A stretch of DNA of 64,000 nucleotides from a bacterium (GCA_021817785.1 JAKAFY010000007.1:127-64126); one strand, 5' to 3'. Shown: positions 40,863 to 50,134, counted from the stretch's first letter. Translations and numbers: made by a program. Notes: generated by a model not told the origin, from the letters alone.

Positions 40863-42002
40863 ATGCATATTTATGTAACCGGTGCCGCGACAACAAAATT
40901 TGGAGAGCTATGGAGCGCATCTCCTCGGGGGCTTGCTCGGCAAGCGGTGTTCGGTGCGTTAAAGGATGCCGGGCTTGAAGCGAAACGCGTACAGGCACTT
41001 TTCGTCGGCAACATGCTTTCCGGGATGCTTGGCGGGCAGGAGCACCTGGGAGCATTTTTTGCCGAAGAGCTGGGACTTACGGTTCCTGCTTTTAAAATAG
41101 AAGGCGCGTGTGCGTCCGGCGGGTTGGCCGTACATAATGCGGTTAACAGCCTCTTAAGCGGTCAGTATGAGACGGTCGTCGTGCTCGGCATAGAAAAAAT
41201 GACAGATCATAAACCTGAGGACGTCGCAACGGCGTTAATGGGTGCAGGAAGCGAAGATGAGCGGTTGGCCGGCGCTACGTTTCCCGGACTCTATGCCATG
41301 ATAGCGAGGGCACATATGCAACAGTTTGGCACGACAGAAGAAGACATGGCAGCAGTTGCGGTTAAAAATCATTATCATGCGACGCTTAACCCCAACGCAC
41401 AGTTCCATGCCGAAATAACCGTCGAAGCGGTTATGAAAAGCAGTAAAATTGCGGACCCCTTAAAATTATTGGACTGTTCGCCTATTTCGGACGGGGCCGC
41501 AGCTATTGTGCTGAGTACAAAACGATCTCCCCACAGCGTCGAGGTCGCAGCATCCGTGGTTGCAACTGATACATTGGGACTTGCACAGAGAAAAAGCCTT
41601 ACGCAACTTGCCGCAACGAAGCAAGCTGCGCAAAAAGCCTATACATTGGCCGGGATACTCCCCGAAGACGTCGACGCCTCCGAAGTTCATGATTGTTTTA
41701 CTATTGCAGAAATACTAGCCGCGGAAGACCTGGGTTTTTTTGCAAAAGGGAACGCGGCAGCGGCGATTAGGAAAGGGAAAACAACACTGGGTACATCAAC
41801 GGGTGTTGTCTTAAATCCCTCCGGAGGACTCAAGGGGTGCGGACATCCCGTGGGGGCCACAGGAGTGAAGCAAATCGCCGAATTGGTAGAACAACTGCGC
41901 GGAAACGCCGGGAAACGACAAGTACACGATGCCCGGGTGGGATTGGCACACAATGTCGGCGGTAGCGGAGCGACAGCGGTTATACATATTTTAAAAACAT
42001 AA
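40863..42002 (+). CDS. Archaeal-type acetoacetyl-CoA thiolase
   Basis: EGACASGG, DCSPISDGAAA, EVHDCFT, GHPVGATG and HNVGG motifs. Confidence 0.95.
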   Translation: MHIYVTGAATTKFGELWSASPRGLARQAVFGALKDAGLEAKRVQALFVGNMLSGMLGGQEHLGAFFAEELGLTVPAFKIEGACASGGLAVHNAVNSLLSGQYETVVVLGIEKMTDHKPEDVATALMGAGSEDERLAGATFPGLYAMIARAHMQQFGTTEEDMAAVAVKNHYHATLNPNAQFHAEITVEAVMKSSKIADPLKLLDCSPISDGAAAIVLSTKRSPHSVEVAASVVATDTLGLAQRKSLTQLAATKQAAQKAYTLAGILPEDVDASEVHDCFTIAEILAAEDLGFFAKGNAAAAIRKGKTTLGTSTGVVLNPSGGLKGCGHPVGATGVKQIAELVEQLRGNAGKRQVHDARVGLAHNVGGSGATAVIHILKT

Positions 42003-42003
42003 T

Positions 42004-42146
42004 ATGCCAGGTAGTAGAGTTTCGACACGCTATTTTCATTGCGCATCGAATAGATTACCTGAACATATAGAATAGGTATGAAAAGAAAGGAGATCGAAAT
42101 TTTCACCGCGTAAAAACGCAATGGTCGAAATTTCACTACCTGGTAT
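42004..42146. mobile_element. Putative MITE-like element with ~23-bp imperfect terminal inverted repeats
   Basis: ATGCCAGGTAGTAGAGTTTCGAC (42004-42026) versus the reverse complement of 42124-42146 (ATACCAGGTAGTGAAATTTCGAC): 19/23 match. Confidence 0.55.
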
Positions 42147-42444
42147 GCAAAGTCCGGTCAAAATTTGGCGGAATCAGAAGAATATTGCGCAACTTCTCGG
42201 GAAAACCGGAACAATCGTTTCGTGGACGCTCATCCGCGTGCCGCCCGGCGACTTTATGGACCAGGCACCGTACCCTGTGGTATTAGCGGAGTTAGAAGAC
42301 GGAAAACGCATAGAGGCGCAATTGGTGGATTGGAAAGACACACATCTTGCATTCGGTACAAAGGTAAAAACAGTTATCCGCTGCGTCATGCGTCCGGATG
42401 CTGATGGAGTGATACCCTATGGCATAAAAGTGAAACCCATTTAG
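42145..42444 (+). CDS. DUF35/ChsH2-like OB-fold scaffold of the thiolase/HMGS complex (no Zn ribbon)
   Basis: GTIVSWT..RVPP..F...APY...LAELEDG...AQLVD and YGIK motifs; follows the thiolase. Confidence 0.85.
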   Translation: MQSPVKIWRNQKNIAQLLGKTGTIVSWTLIRVPPGDFMDQAPYPVVLAELEDGKRIEAQLVDWKDTHLAFGTKVKTVIRCVMRPDADGVIPYGIKVKPI

Positions 42445-42479
42445 GGTTTCATCCCGAGTTTATCGCAGGATCTTACTTT

Positions 42480-43421
42480 ATGAAAAAAGTTACCGTTTCC
42501 GTTCCGGGAAAAATCCATCTCATGGGCGAACATGCCGTCGTGTATGGCAAGCCGGCATTGTTATCTGCTATAGATTTGCGGCTTTCTGTATCCATAGAGC
42601 CTTCCGAAACCTTTGAAATTATTTCCAGTGAGCCAACGGATCATGCGAAGTATGCCGTAGATTTTTTGTTAGACCACATGAAAGTAAAAAAGGATCCATT
42701 GGTGAAAATTACGATCGAATCGGAAATTCCCGCAGGGTTTCACCTCGGCTCCTCCGCGGCGGTCGCCGTAGGGTTATCCGGAGCGATGACATATTTTTTC
42801 AAAAACTTATGGAACCCCATACGGATCAATGAATTGGCGTATCAAATCGAAAAAAAGCAGCACGGCAACCCATCCGGCGGTGATAACACGACCATAACCA
42901 TGGGCGGATTTATCTGGTTCCGGAAGGAATTGGAATTTTTGAAAAGCATCTGGCAGCTTCCATTTAAACCCCACCCGTCGCTTAACCATTTTTTCCTTAT
43001 CAAAACCAAACGCCCATCCGAAACGACCGGAGAAATGGTGGCGCTCGTACGTGCGCGATACACAAAAGAACAAAAGAAAATGGAAGCGCTTTTCAATCGT
43101 AATGAAACTCAGGTGAAGCGGGTGGCTGTTGCCCTGAAAGAGGGAAATGAAAAGGAACTCCTCGACGCGATTCAGGTAGGCGAGTCAACCCTGGAGGGTA
43201 TGGGGGTGGTAAGCCAAATAGTGCAGTCGCTTATTCGTGAAATTGAAAAGAGCGGGGGTGCGGCAAAAATATTAGGAGGCGGGGGAGTGAAAGACGGAGT
43301 AGGGTTTTTATTGTGCTACCATCATGAACCAAAGCGCATCGCTGCATTGTGTAAAGCGCATGAATACACAACGCAATCAATTATTCTTGGCGAAGAAGGG
43401 ATTCGTCTGGAACAACGATGA
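42480..43421 (+). CDS. mvk: Mevalonate kinase
   Basis: PGKIHLMGEHAVVYG, PAGFHLGSSAA, HGNPSGGD and KILGGGG GHMP motifs. Confidence 0.9.
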   Translation: MKKVTVSVPGKIHLMGEHAVVYGKPALLSAIDLRLSVSIEPSETFEIISSEPTDHAKYAVDFLLDHMKVKKDPLVKITIESEIPAGFHLGSSAAVAVGLSGAMTYFFKNLWNPIRINELAYQIEKKQHGNPSGGDNTTITMGGFIWFRKELEFLKSIWQLPFKPHPSLNHFFLIKTKRPSETTGEMVALVRARYTKEQKKMEALFNRNETQVKRVAVALKEGNEKELLDAIQVGESTLEGMGVVSQIVQSLIREIEKSGGAAKILGGGGVKDGVGFLLCYHHEPKRIAALCKAHEYTTQSIILGEEGIRLEQR

Positions 43422-44887
43422 ACATTACCGTCTCAGCTCCGGGAAAACTTATGATATTTGGCGAGCACGCCGTCGTGTATGACCGGCCGTGTCTGGTGAC
43501 CGCGGTTGATCAGCGCATGCGGGCCACGGTCGAACTTACAGATGATAACGCATTTCATCTCGATGCTCCCGAGGTCAATGTCTCGGGGTATAAGCGGCCG
43601 ATGACAGAGTTAGGAACAGGGGATATACCCAAAGGCGCAAAATTTGTGGAAATCGCAGTCAAAAATTTTATTGAAAAATATCCTTTTTCCTCCGGAATAC
43701 AGATCGTCACCGCTTCAGATTTTTCTTCCCTATTCGGATTCGGGTCGTCGTCTGCTTCAACAGTGTGTGTGCTGAAAGCACTCTCGGAGCTTACCGGAAA
43801 AATACTGGACAACAAGGCGTTATTTGACCTCGCCTACAAAACCGTGTTGGATGTGCAGGGAAAAGGATCCGGATTTGATGTGGCAGCGGCAATCTACGGC
43901 GGGACACTCTATTTTGTAACGGGAGGAAACATCATAGAGCCCTTGCAGGTTGACACGATGCCGCTCGTAATCGGATACACCGGGGTAAAAGCAGACACGG
44001 TAACGCTCATGACGGCTGTTGCAGAAAAAATGAAGGCGCAGCCGGAACGGGTGGGCAGGATTTATGACGCGATTGCCAAACTTACGGAAGAGGCAAAAAC
44101 AAAACTATTGGAAGGAGACTGGGAACGGGTAGGAAGACTTATGGACTTTAACCAGGATTATCTTCGTGATGTGGGAGTCAGCTCGGAAATCTTAGAAGCA
44201 CTTATATCGGCAGCAAAGTCGGCCGGAGCGTTTGGCGCGAAATTGTCAGGAGCAGGGGGAGGGGATTGTATGATTTCCGTAACGCCGGACCACAGCAGGC
44301 CGAACGTGGAAGCGGCGATTGAAGCGGCTGGTGGACAAGTTATCCACATAGCAGCAAATGCCCCCGGCGTGCGCGTTGAGACCGATGACCAAAACGAACT
44401 ATTTGTCGTTGTCGACGAAAACGATCATGTCGTGGGACATAAAACGCGTCAGGAATGCAATCATAATCCGGCCCTGATTCACCGGGCGGTTGAATTACTG
44501 ATTTTTGATTCACACGGACGGGTCTTGTTGCAGAAACGCAGCATGACCAAAGATACGCGGCCGGGCTTTTGGTCAACGTCTGTTGGTGGACACGTCGGAA
44601 AAGATGAATCATATGAAACGGCGATGCGGCGGGAACTTCAGGAAGAATTGGGAATACAGATTCCTATTGTCTACGTCAGTAAACAAATCGTGCATTTTAC
44701 AGAGGAAACTGAGATGGAAGCATTATTTACGGCCACATACGACGGACCATTCCACACCAATCCGCAGGAAATGGATGAGGTAAAATTTTTTGATAAACGG
44801 GAAATTGTATTCGGACTCGCAACAAATAAACTCCAGCTGACAGAAGCGGCACTGCAAAATCTGAAAACGATGGGAGTATTGTCATGA
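43418..44887 (+). CDS. GHMP kinase (probable phosphomevalonate kinase) fused to an IDI-1-like Nudix domain
   Basis: GEHAVVY, GFGSSSA, GSGFDVAAAIYGG and KLSGAGGGDC; C-terminal HRAV..LLQKRS..K..PG.W plus Nudix box GGHV...RRELQEELG. Confidence 0.8.
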   Translation: MNITVSAPGKLMIFGEHAVVYDRPCLVTAVDQRMRATVELTDDNAFHLDAPEVNVSGYKRPMTELGTGDIPKGAKFVEIAVKNFIEKYPFSSGIQIVTASDFSSLFGFGSSSASTVCVLKALSELTGKILDNKALFDLAYKTVLDVQGKGSGFDVAAAIYGGTLYFVTGGNIIEPLQVDTMPLVIGYTGVKADTVTLMTAVAEKMKAQPERVGRIYDAIAKLTEEAKTKLLEGDWERVGRLMDFNQDYLRDVGVSSEILEALISAAKSAGAFGAKLSGAGGGDCMISVTPDHSRPNVEAAIEAAGGQVIHIAANAPGVRVETDDQNELFVVVDENDHVVGHKTRQECNHNPALIHRAVELLIFDSHGRVLLQKRSMTKDTRPGFWSTSVGGHVGKDESYETAMRRELQEELGIQIPIVYVSKQIVHFTEETEMEALFTATYDGPFHTNPQEMDEVKFFDKREIVFGLATNKLQLTEAALQNLKTMGVLS

Positions 44888-45864
44888 AAGCAACGGCTGT
44901 GGCTCCCGCAAACATAGCATTTATTAAATATTGGGGCAGGACCGATGCGGCGCTACGTTTGCCGGCAAACGCGTCTATATCCATGAACCTGTCCGCATCT
45001 ATTACTACGACGACGGTGGAATTTTCTGATGCATTGTCCCAAGACACTATCGAATTATTAGAGCCGGGAGGGTTTAGTGAGAAAGAAATACGGCGCGTTG
45101 TACGTCAGTTAGATGTTGTACGAAACAAAGCGCGTACTCGGGTATTTGCCCGTGTGGCGACCAAAAATACATTTCCGAAATCAACGGGTGCCGCATCTTC
45201 GGCATCCGGATTTGCAGCGCTTACGGTTGCTGCCGCGTCTGCCCTAGGATTATCCCTATCGGAAAAAGAGTTGACCATTCTTGCGCGCGTGGGGAGCGGG
45301 TCTGCCTGCAGGAGTATTCCGGATGGATTTGTAAAATGGGAGGGGGGAGATAGTGCGTCATCATTCGCCCACTCCCTGTATCCTGCTTCATACTGGGATA
45401 TTCGTGATGTTTTGGCGATTGTCGGCAGTACCGGAAAAGATGTTTCTTCAACTGCCGGTCACGATTCTGTGCGTACCAGCCCATATTTTTTACGCAGATT
45501 AGACGCAGTAGCCGGAAGAATCACGCGTATAGAACAGGCACTGAAGGATAAAAATTTTCAGATGCTCGGAACGGTTATTGAAGAAGATTGTCTGGATATG
45601 CATCACGTGATGCAGACCCAGGTGCCGCCGCTTCTCTATTGGAGTGACGCCACACGCATGCTTATGGACGCGGTCCGGAATTGGCGCACAAACGGAATTC
45701 CCGTATACTTTACCATTGATGCCGGTCCGAATGTGCACCTTATTTGCGAAGGGAAGGATGAGGACAGGGTTCTTGACGCTATAAAAGCCGTAAGCGGGGT
45801 AGAAAATGTGATTTTAAACAAGCCAGCGGGGGGCGCAAGAATTAGTACCAAACACCTATTTTAG
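44884..45864 (+). CDS. mvaD: Diphosphomevalonate decarboxylase
   Basis: NIAFIKYWG, ASSASGFAAL, GSGSACRS and TIDAGPNVH motifs. Confidence 0.95.
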   Translation: MKATAVAPANIAFIKYWGRTDAALRLPANASISMNLSASITTTTVEFSDALSQDTIELLEPGGFSEKEIRRVVRQLDVVRNKARTRVFARVATKNTFPKSTGAASSASGFAALTVAAASALGLSLSEKELTILARVGSGSACRSIPDGFVKWEGGDSASSFAHSLYPASYWDIRDVLAIVGSTGKDVSSTAGHDSVRTSPYFLRRLDAVAGRITRIEQALKDKNFQMLGTVIEEDCLDMHHVMQTQVPPLLYWSDATRMLMDAVRNWRTNGIPVYFTIDAGPNVHLICEGKDEDRVLDAIKAVSGVENVILNKPAGGARISTKHLF

Positions 45865-45897
45865 GTGATCTAGGATACCTAGGTTACCTAAGTGACC
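45862..45897 (+). repeat. Four imperfect 9-bp tandem repeats (TAGGTKACC-like)
   Basis: TAGGTGATC TAGGATACC TAGGTTACC TAAGTGACC fill the mvaD-uppS gap. Confidence 0.85.
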
Positions 45898-45898
45898 T

Positions 45899-46582
45899 AT
45901 GAAAAAGATAAACATACCTCAGCATATAGCCATCATCATGGATGGAAACCGTCGCTGGGCCAAAGAACACGGTTTATCCGTGCTCGCGGGGCATCAGAAG
46001 GTCGCAGATGAGGTGTTGGAGCCATTAGTGGAGCATGCGGCCGTCCGCGGGGTTCACTATCTAACGTTTTGGGCATTTTCTACGGAAAACTGGAAGCGGA
46101 ATGCCGCAGAAGTCGAAGGTATCATGCGGATTTTCCGCCACGTCATCCGTAAGCGGTGGGCAAGGTTGCATGAAAAAGGCGTGCGGGTGCGGGTCATCGG
46201 GGACGTATCAAAATTCGCTCCCGATATACAGGAATCTCTCCGAAAAGTAACAGAACAAACAAAAGATAACAAAAAAATTACAGCGGTATTCGCGTTAAAT
46301 TACGGAGGGCGAAATGAAATTCTCCGTGCCATACAACAGATCGCACATCCGGAAGCACTTACGGAAGAAGATTTTTCCGGACTTCTCGATACGTCCGGCA
46401 TACCGGATCCGGATTTGATTATCAGAACGAGCGGGGAACAGCGATTATCCGGATTTTTGCCCTGGCAGGGGGTGTATAGCGAATTATATTTTCCGCCGTT
46501 TCATATGCCGGATTTCACACCGGAACGGTTAGATGAAGCGATACTGGAATACCAACAGCGGCAGCGCCGGTTTGGAAAATAG
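45899..46582 (+). CDS. uppS: Undecaprenyl (cis-polyprenyl) diphosphate synthase
   Basis: HIAIIMDGNRRWA, FSTENWKR, NYGGR and RTSGEQRLSGFL motifs. Confidence 0.97.
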   Translation: MKKINIPQHIAIIMDGNRRWAKEHGLSVLAGHQKVADEVLEPLVEHAAVRGVHYLTFWAFSTENWKRNAAEVEGIMRIFRHVIRKRWARLHEKGVRVRVIGDVSKFAPDIQESLRKVTEQTKDNKKITAVFALNYGGRNEILRAIQQIAHPEALTEEDFSGLLDTSGIPDPDLIIRTSGEQRLSGFLPWQGVYSELYFPPFHMPDFTPERLDEAILEYQQRQRRFGK

Positions 46583-46918
46583 TTATTGGCCGAAGATCGC
46601 GCCAATGCTGCTTTGCCAGCCGAAGATTATCCCTGCAATCTGCACGATCCAGAACGCGGCGAATATGATAAGGAATCCAATGATCGCATTGGTCAGAGTA
46701 GCCTTTCCCTTTTCCATTTTTTTTGGGTCCCCGGCTGAGGTCATAAGCGTAAATCCGCTTGCGATAATCATCAGAAGGAGTCCTATCCCGGCAAATCCGA
46801 AGATGTATGAAAGCGACTGGCCGATGATGGTTCCGATAGTGGCATTTGCAAACGCAAAATTTTGTGGTCCCTGGATAGTATAATCACCAATAGAAAAAGA
46901 TTGCGCGAGTAATTTCAT
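46583..46918 (-). CDS. VirB2/TrbC-like pilin
   Basis: SGFTLMTSAGDPKKMEKGKATLTNAIIG motif. Confidence 0.78.
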   Translation of the reverse strand: MKLLAQSFSIGDYTIQGPQNFAFANATIGTIIGQSLSYIFGFAGIGLLLMIIASGFTLMTSAGDPKKMEKGKATLTNAIIGFLIIFAAFWIVQIAGIIFGWQSSIGAIFGQ

Positions 46919-47418
46919 AGCCCAGATTTCCCCCCGCCAAATCCCGGCAGAGTTAATATGTCAACTCCGATGAGTTTGAGGAGAAATACCGAAAAAATGA
47001 TAAGAAGCAATCCGGAAATTGCAGCAGTCATAAGTTCTTTGGCGGCGTGCAGCTTTTCCGGATTGCCGGTACTGGTAATTGTCTGAAATCCTGAAAATAA
47101 AATAAGCAAAAACGCAACACCGCCCCCTATGCTCGTACCAATTTGGATAAACGACTGAAGAAAGTCGTTGAGTGATGAACCCGTGCCGCCGCCTCTACCA
47201 AGACAGCCCACCGCGGTCCACGCGCCGCCCGAGTTAAAACAGCCAGTGCAATCGCTTTGAGCGGATCCAGAGAGAGATTTACACGTATTTTGGCCCACCG
47301 AGGTTGGAGCGTCCGCCAAAACATTTAAAGCAGTAAATGTCTCATGCATGGCAGGCAAGCCCAAAAAAAGGCCCAAGCTGAAAAAAAATAAATATAGCGA
47401 CAGAACAGCCCGTTTCAT
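46915..47418 (-). CDS. VirB2/TrbC-like pilin with Cys-rich N-terminal extension
   Basis: C..C..C..WTAVGC followed by SGFQTITSTGNPEKLHAAKELMTAAISG. Confidence 0.75.
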   Translation of the reverse strand: MKRAVLSLYLFFFSLGLFLGLPAMHETFTALNVLADAPTSVGQNTCKSLSGSAQSDCTGCFNSGGAWTAVGCLGRGGGTGSSLNDFLQSFIQIGTSIGGGVAFLLILFSGFQTITSTGNPEKLHAAKELMTAAISGLLLIIFSVFLLKLIGVDILTLPGFGGGKSGL

Positions 47419-47507
47419 GTGCTTTAAGTGTAGCAAATTTGACAGGATAAGAAAAGAAGCCCGAGGACCCTCAGGTGATTGTTTGGTCTGGTACAATGGA
47501 ATGACTC

Positions 47508-49250
47508 ATGAAGTATTTCCGCCTGTTTAGTATTGGTATATTCCTCCTGTTCGTTGCGTTTACCGGCGCATCATACGTTCACGCACAAGAATGCGATCCG
47601 TCATGTGGCGATCCTGGTGAATGTACTCAAAAAATGGCTGTTTGCCAAAAGTCATTGGACATGATGAGCAATGCAGTTGCACCACACATAGAAGCACTTA
47701 AGAAAATGGAAGCTGATTTAGCATCGTTTCAGCTAAAATTACAGAGTATCCAGGCCGATTTGGCCCGAGAAGCAATAGCCATCGCATTAGGAGAGAAGGA
47801 AATGAGTCAATTGTTAGAGTTAGCATATAGACGAGTTGGTGTTCTATATAGAAGAACAGTGACGTATAATCCACTACTTCCATTTTTGACATCAACAAAC
47901 GTAGGTTCAGTTCTCCGGGCATTCACCTACCAACAAGCCGTTATTAATGATGATAAAAAAGCAATTGTTCAAACGGCTCTTTCTCTAAAAGATTTAGGTG
48001 ATCGTAAAACTAAACTTGAGCAGCAGCAAACCACCTTTATCGCATTAAAAGCAGACACCGATGCGCGCGCCGCAAAGGTTCGAAAATTGGTTGCAGATGC
48101 AACCGCATATGAAAATAAGCTTTCAGGCATTATCGCAACTTTGTCTGCAAAGCAACAATCCTTCTTGGCTCAAAAACTTGCGGGATTAGGCATCCCGCTG
48201 TTTGCCATAAGCGGCGGGGGGTGTTCGAGTGATCTGACCAATGGGAAAAACCCCGGGTTCTCCGGCGGATTCGGATTTTTCAGCTACGGCGTGCCCAACC
48301 GCGTAGGACTTAACCAATACGGAGCCTGGGGTAGGGCAAAAGCAGGACAGGATTATGAAACGATTCTGCGCGCGTACTATAACTTTGATTCGATAGACGG
48401 CGTGGATACGGGCACCCAAATAAAAGTGGACGGCTATGGGAATTATTCGCTTGAGGATTATGTAAAGCGCGTGTACGAGGTGCCGGACTCCTGGGCGGAT
48501 AATAATCTTGCCGCGCTCAAAGCACAAGCTATAGCCGTCAGAAGCTATGTTCTGGCATACACCAACAACGGACAGGGATCGATCTGCACGACCCAGCAAT
48601 GCCAGGTGTTTCAGCCCAACCCAAAAGGAGGCAACTGGGATGCGGCCGTCAATGCCACGGCGGGGAAAGTCATGCGGCAGGGTGGGCAGCCCATCAAGGC
48701 ATATTTTTCTTCAACACACGGCGGATATATTTATAGCACCGGAGATTTGCAGGGGTGGTCGTCAACGCCGTATACCAAGCGCGGAATTGATGCGAGCGGG
48801 CCAATAAACAGCTTTGCGGACTTGCAAAGCAAAGCATATGACCGGGATAGTCCATGGTTCTATTGTGATTGGGGAGGGAGAAGCCAGTATGGCGGTACCG
48901 CGTGGTTAAAACCCGACGAAGTCGCAGACATCGTCAATGTACTGCTTTTAGCCAAGCAGGATAGCTCCGCACAAAACCACCTTACCCAGACGGATAAACC
49001 CAATCCCGACGGAACGGACACATGGGATGCATCCACAGTGCGAGCTAAATTGGGAAGCCTTGCCTATACTTCCATATCAAGTATTTCCGTGAGTGCGGAT
49101 TTCAGCACCGGAAGAACCACCTCTGTATCCGTGTCCGGGGACGGGAAAAGCAACACCTTTGACGGCAACGACTTTAAAACATATTTCAACCTGCGGGCGC
49201 CTGCCAATATTCAGATCGTCGGTCCACTCTATAACGTTGAAAGAAAATAG
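47508..49250 (+). CDS. Secreted coiled-coil + SpoIID/LytB-domain protein (lytic transglycosylase-like)
   Basis: Signal peptide ending AQE, coiled coil, GLNQYGA, EDYV...E, ALKAQAIAVRSY and CQVF motifs. Confidence 0.85.
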   Translation: MKYFRLFSIGIFLLFVAFTGASYVHAQECDPSCGDPGECTQKMAVCQKSLDMMSNAVAPHIEALKKMEADLASFQLKLQSIQADLAREAIAIALGEKEMSQLLELAYRRVGVLYRRTVTYNPLLPFLTSTNVGSVLRAFTYQQAVINDDKKAIVQTALSLKDLGDRKTKLEQQQTTFIALKADTDARAAKVRKLVADATAYENKLSGIIATLSAKQQSFLAQKLAGLGIPLFAISGGGCSSDLTNGKNPGFSGGFGFFSYGVPNRVGLNQYGAWGRAKAGQDYETILRAYYNFDSIDGVDTGTQIKVDGYGNYSLEDYVKRVYEVPDSWADNNLAALKAQAIAVRSYVLAYTNNGQGSICTTQQCQVFQPNPKGGNWDAAVNATAGKVMRQGGQPIKAYFSSTHGGYIYSTGDLQGWSSTPYTKRGIDASGPINSFADLQSKAYDRDSPWFYCDWGGRSQYGGTAWLKPDEVADIVNVLLLAKQDSSAQNHLTQTDKPNPDGTDTWDASTVRAKLGSLAYTSISSISVSADFSTGRTTSVSVSGDGKSNTFDGNDFKTYFNLRAPANIQIVGPLYNVERK

Positions 49251-49270
49251 ACGGTGGCGTACAATACGTT

Positions 49271-49912
49271 TTGATGCCTACGATTTTTCGGCAAATCGAA
49301 GAAACGCCCACCCCCACGCGGAGTCTGCCGACGTCCCCGATAAAACGAAAAACGATCATGACACCGCTGACGTGTTATGCGGTAAGCCCAGAAGGTGTAC
49401 GCTTTGAAACGCAGGAACAGGAAGAAAATGTCATTCTGTTTTTGCGGCAACACATTATCGTACTTATTCCCGGGGTGTTGCTCGTGACGGCGCTTCTGGT
49501 GACGCCATTGTTTGTCGTGCCGTTTCTGTTGCGATTTCTGACGCTTCCCGTCGCAGTTCCCACCCGGTATTTTGTCGTGGGGACGGCATTTTGGTATGTG
49601 ATGACGTTTGGCGTGGCGATCATGACCTTTTTGCGCTGGTATTACAACATATATATCGTGACAAACAAACGGATCGTGGATATCGATTTTCTGCACCTTT
49701 TATACAAGGAATTTTCTGAAGCACGGCTCGACAAAGTACAGGACCTGAGTTTTAAAAGCGGCGGGATTTTTGCTGCATTTTTCGATTACGGAGATGTCAA
49801 TGTTGAGACTGCCGGAGAAACACCGAACATAGAATTTGATGCAGTACCCAAACCAGCGAAAGTGGTGGAAACCATCAGCGAATTATTGGAACACGCAAAC
49901 GAGAAAGGGTAA
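49271..49912 (+). CDS. Membrane protein with bacterial PH (bPH_2) domain
   Basis: Two TMs, then YIVTNKRIVD...DKVQD...DYGDVNVETAG. Confidence 0.8.
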   Translation: MMPTIFRQIEETPTPTRSLPTSPIKRKTIMTPLTCYAVSPEGVRFETQEQEENVILFLRQHIIVLIPGVLLVTALLVTPLFVVPFLLRFLTLPVAVPTRYFVVGTAFWYVMTFGVAIMTFLRWYYNIYIVTNKRIVDIDFLHLLYKEFSEARLDKVQDLSFKSGGIFAAFFDYGDVNVETAGETPNIEFDAVPKPAKVVETISELLEHANEKG

Positions 49913-49915
49913 TAT

Positions 49916-50134
49916 ATGACCGGAGATATTACGAGTTTGTTATTTTTAGTAGTAAAAGGGCTTGTCATATTTGGATTGGGACTATACATCATCTTTGCCT
50001 TTGTGATCTTGCGACAGGAACAGCTCATGTCGCACGTTCTGGAGGAGTCGTTTGAGCCGGTGCTCCGGCTGGTGTCCGTTTTCCACTTTATCGCATCCAT
50101 CGCCGTATTTCTTATGGCGATCATTCTCCTCTAA
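49916..50134 (+). CDS. Small two-TM membrane protein (DUF5657-like)
   Basis: YIIFAFVILRQEQLM pattern; operonic spacing. Confidence 0.6.
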   Translation: MTGDITSLLFLVVKGLVIFGLGLYIIFAFVILRQEQLMSHVLEESFEPVLRLVSVFHFIASIAVFLMAIILL

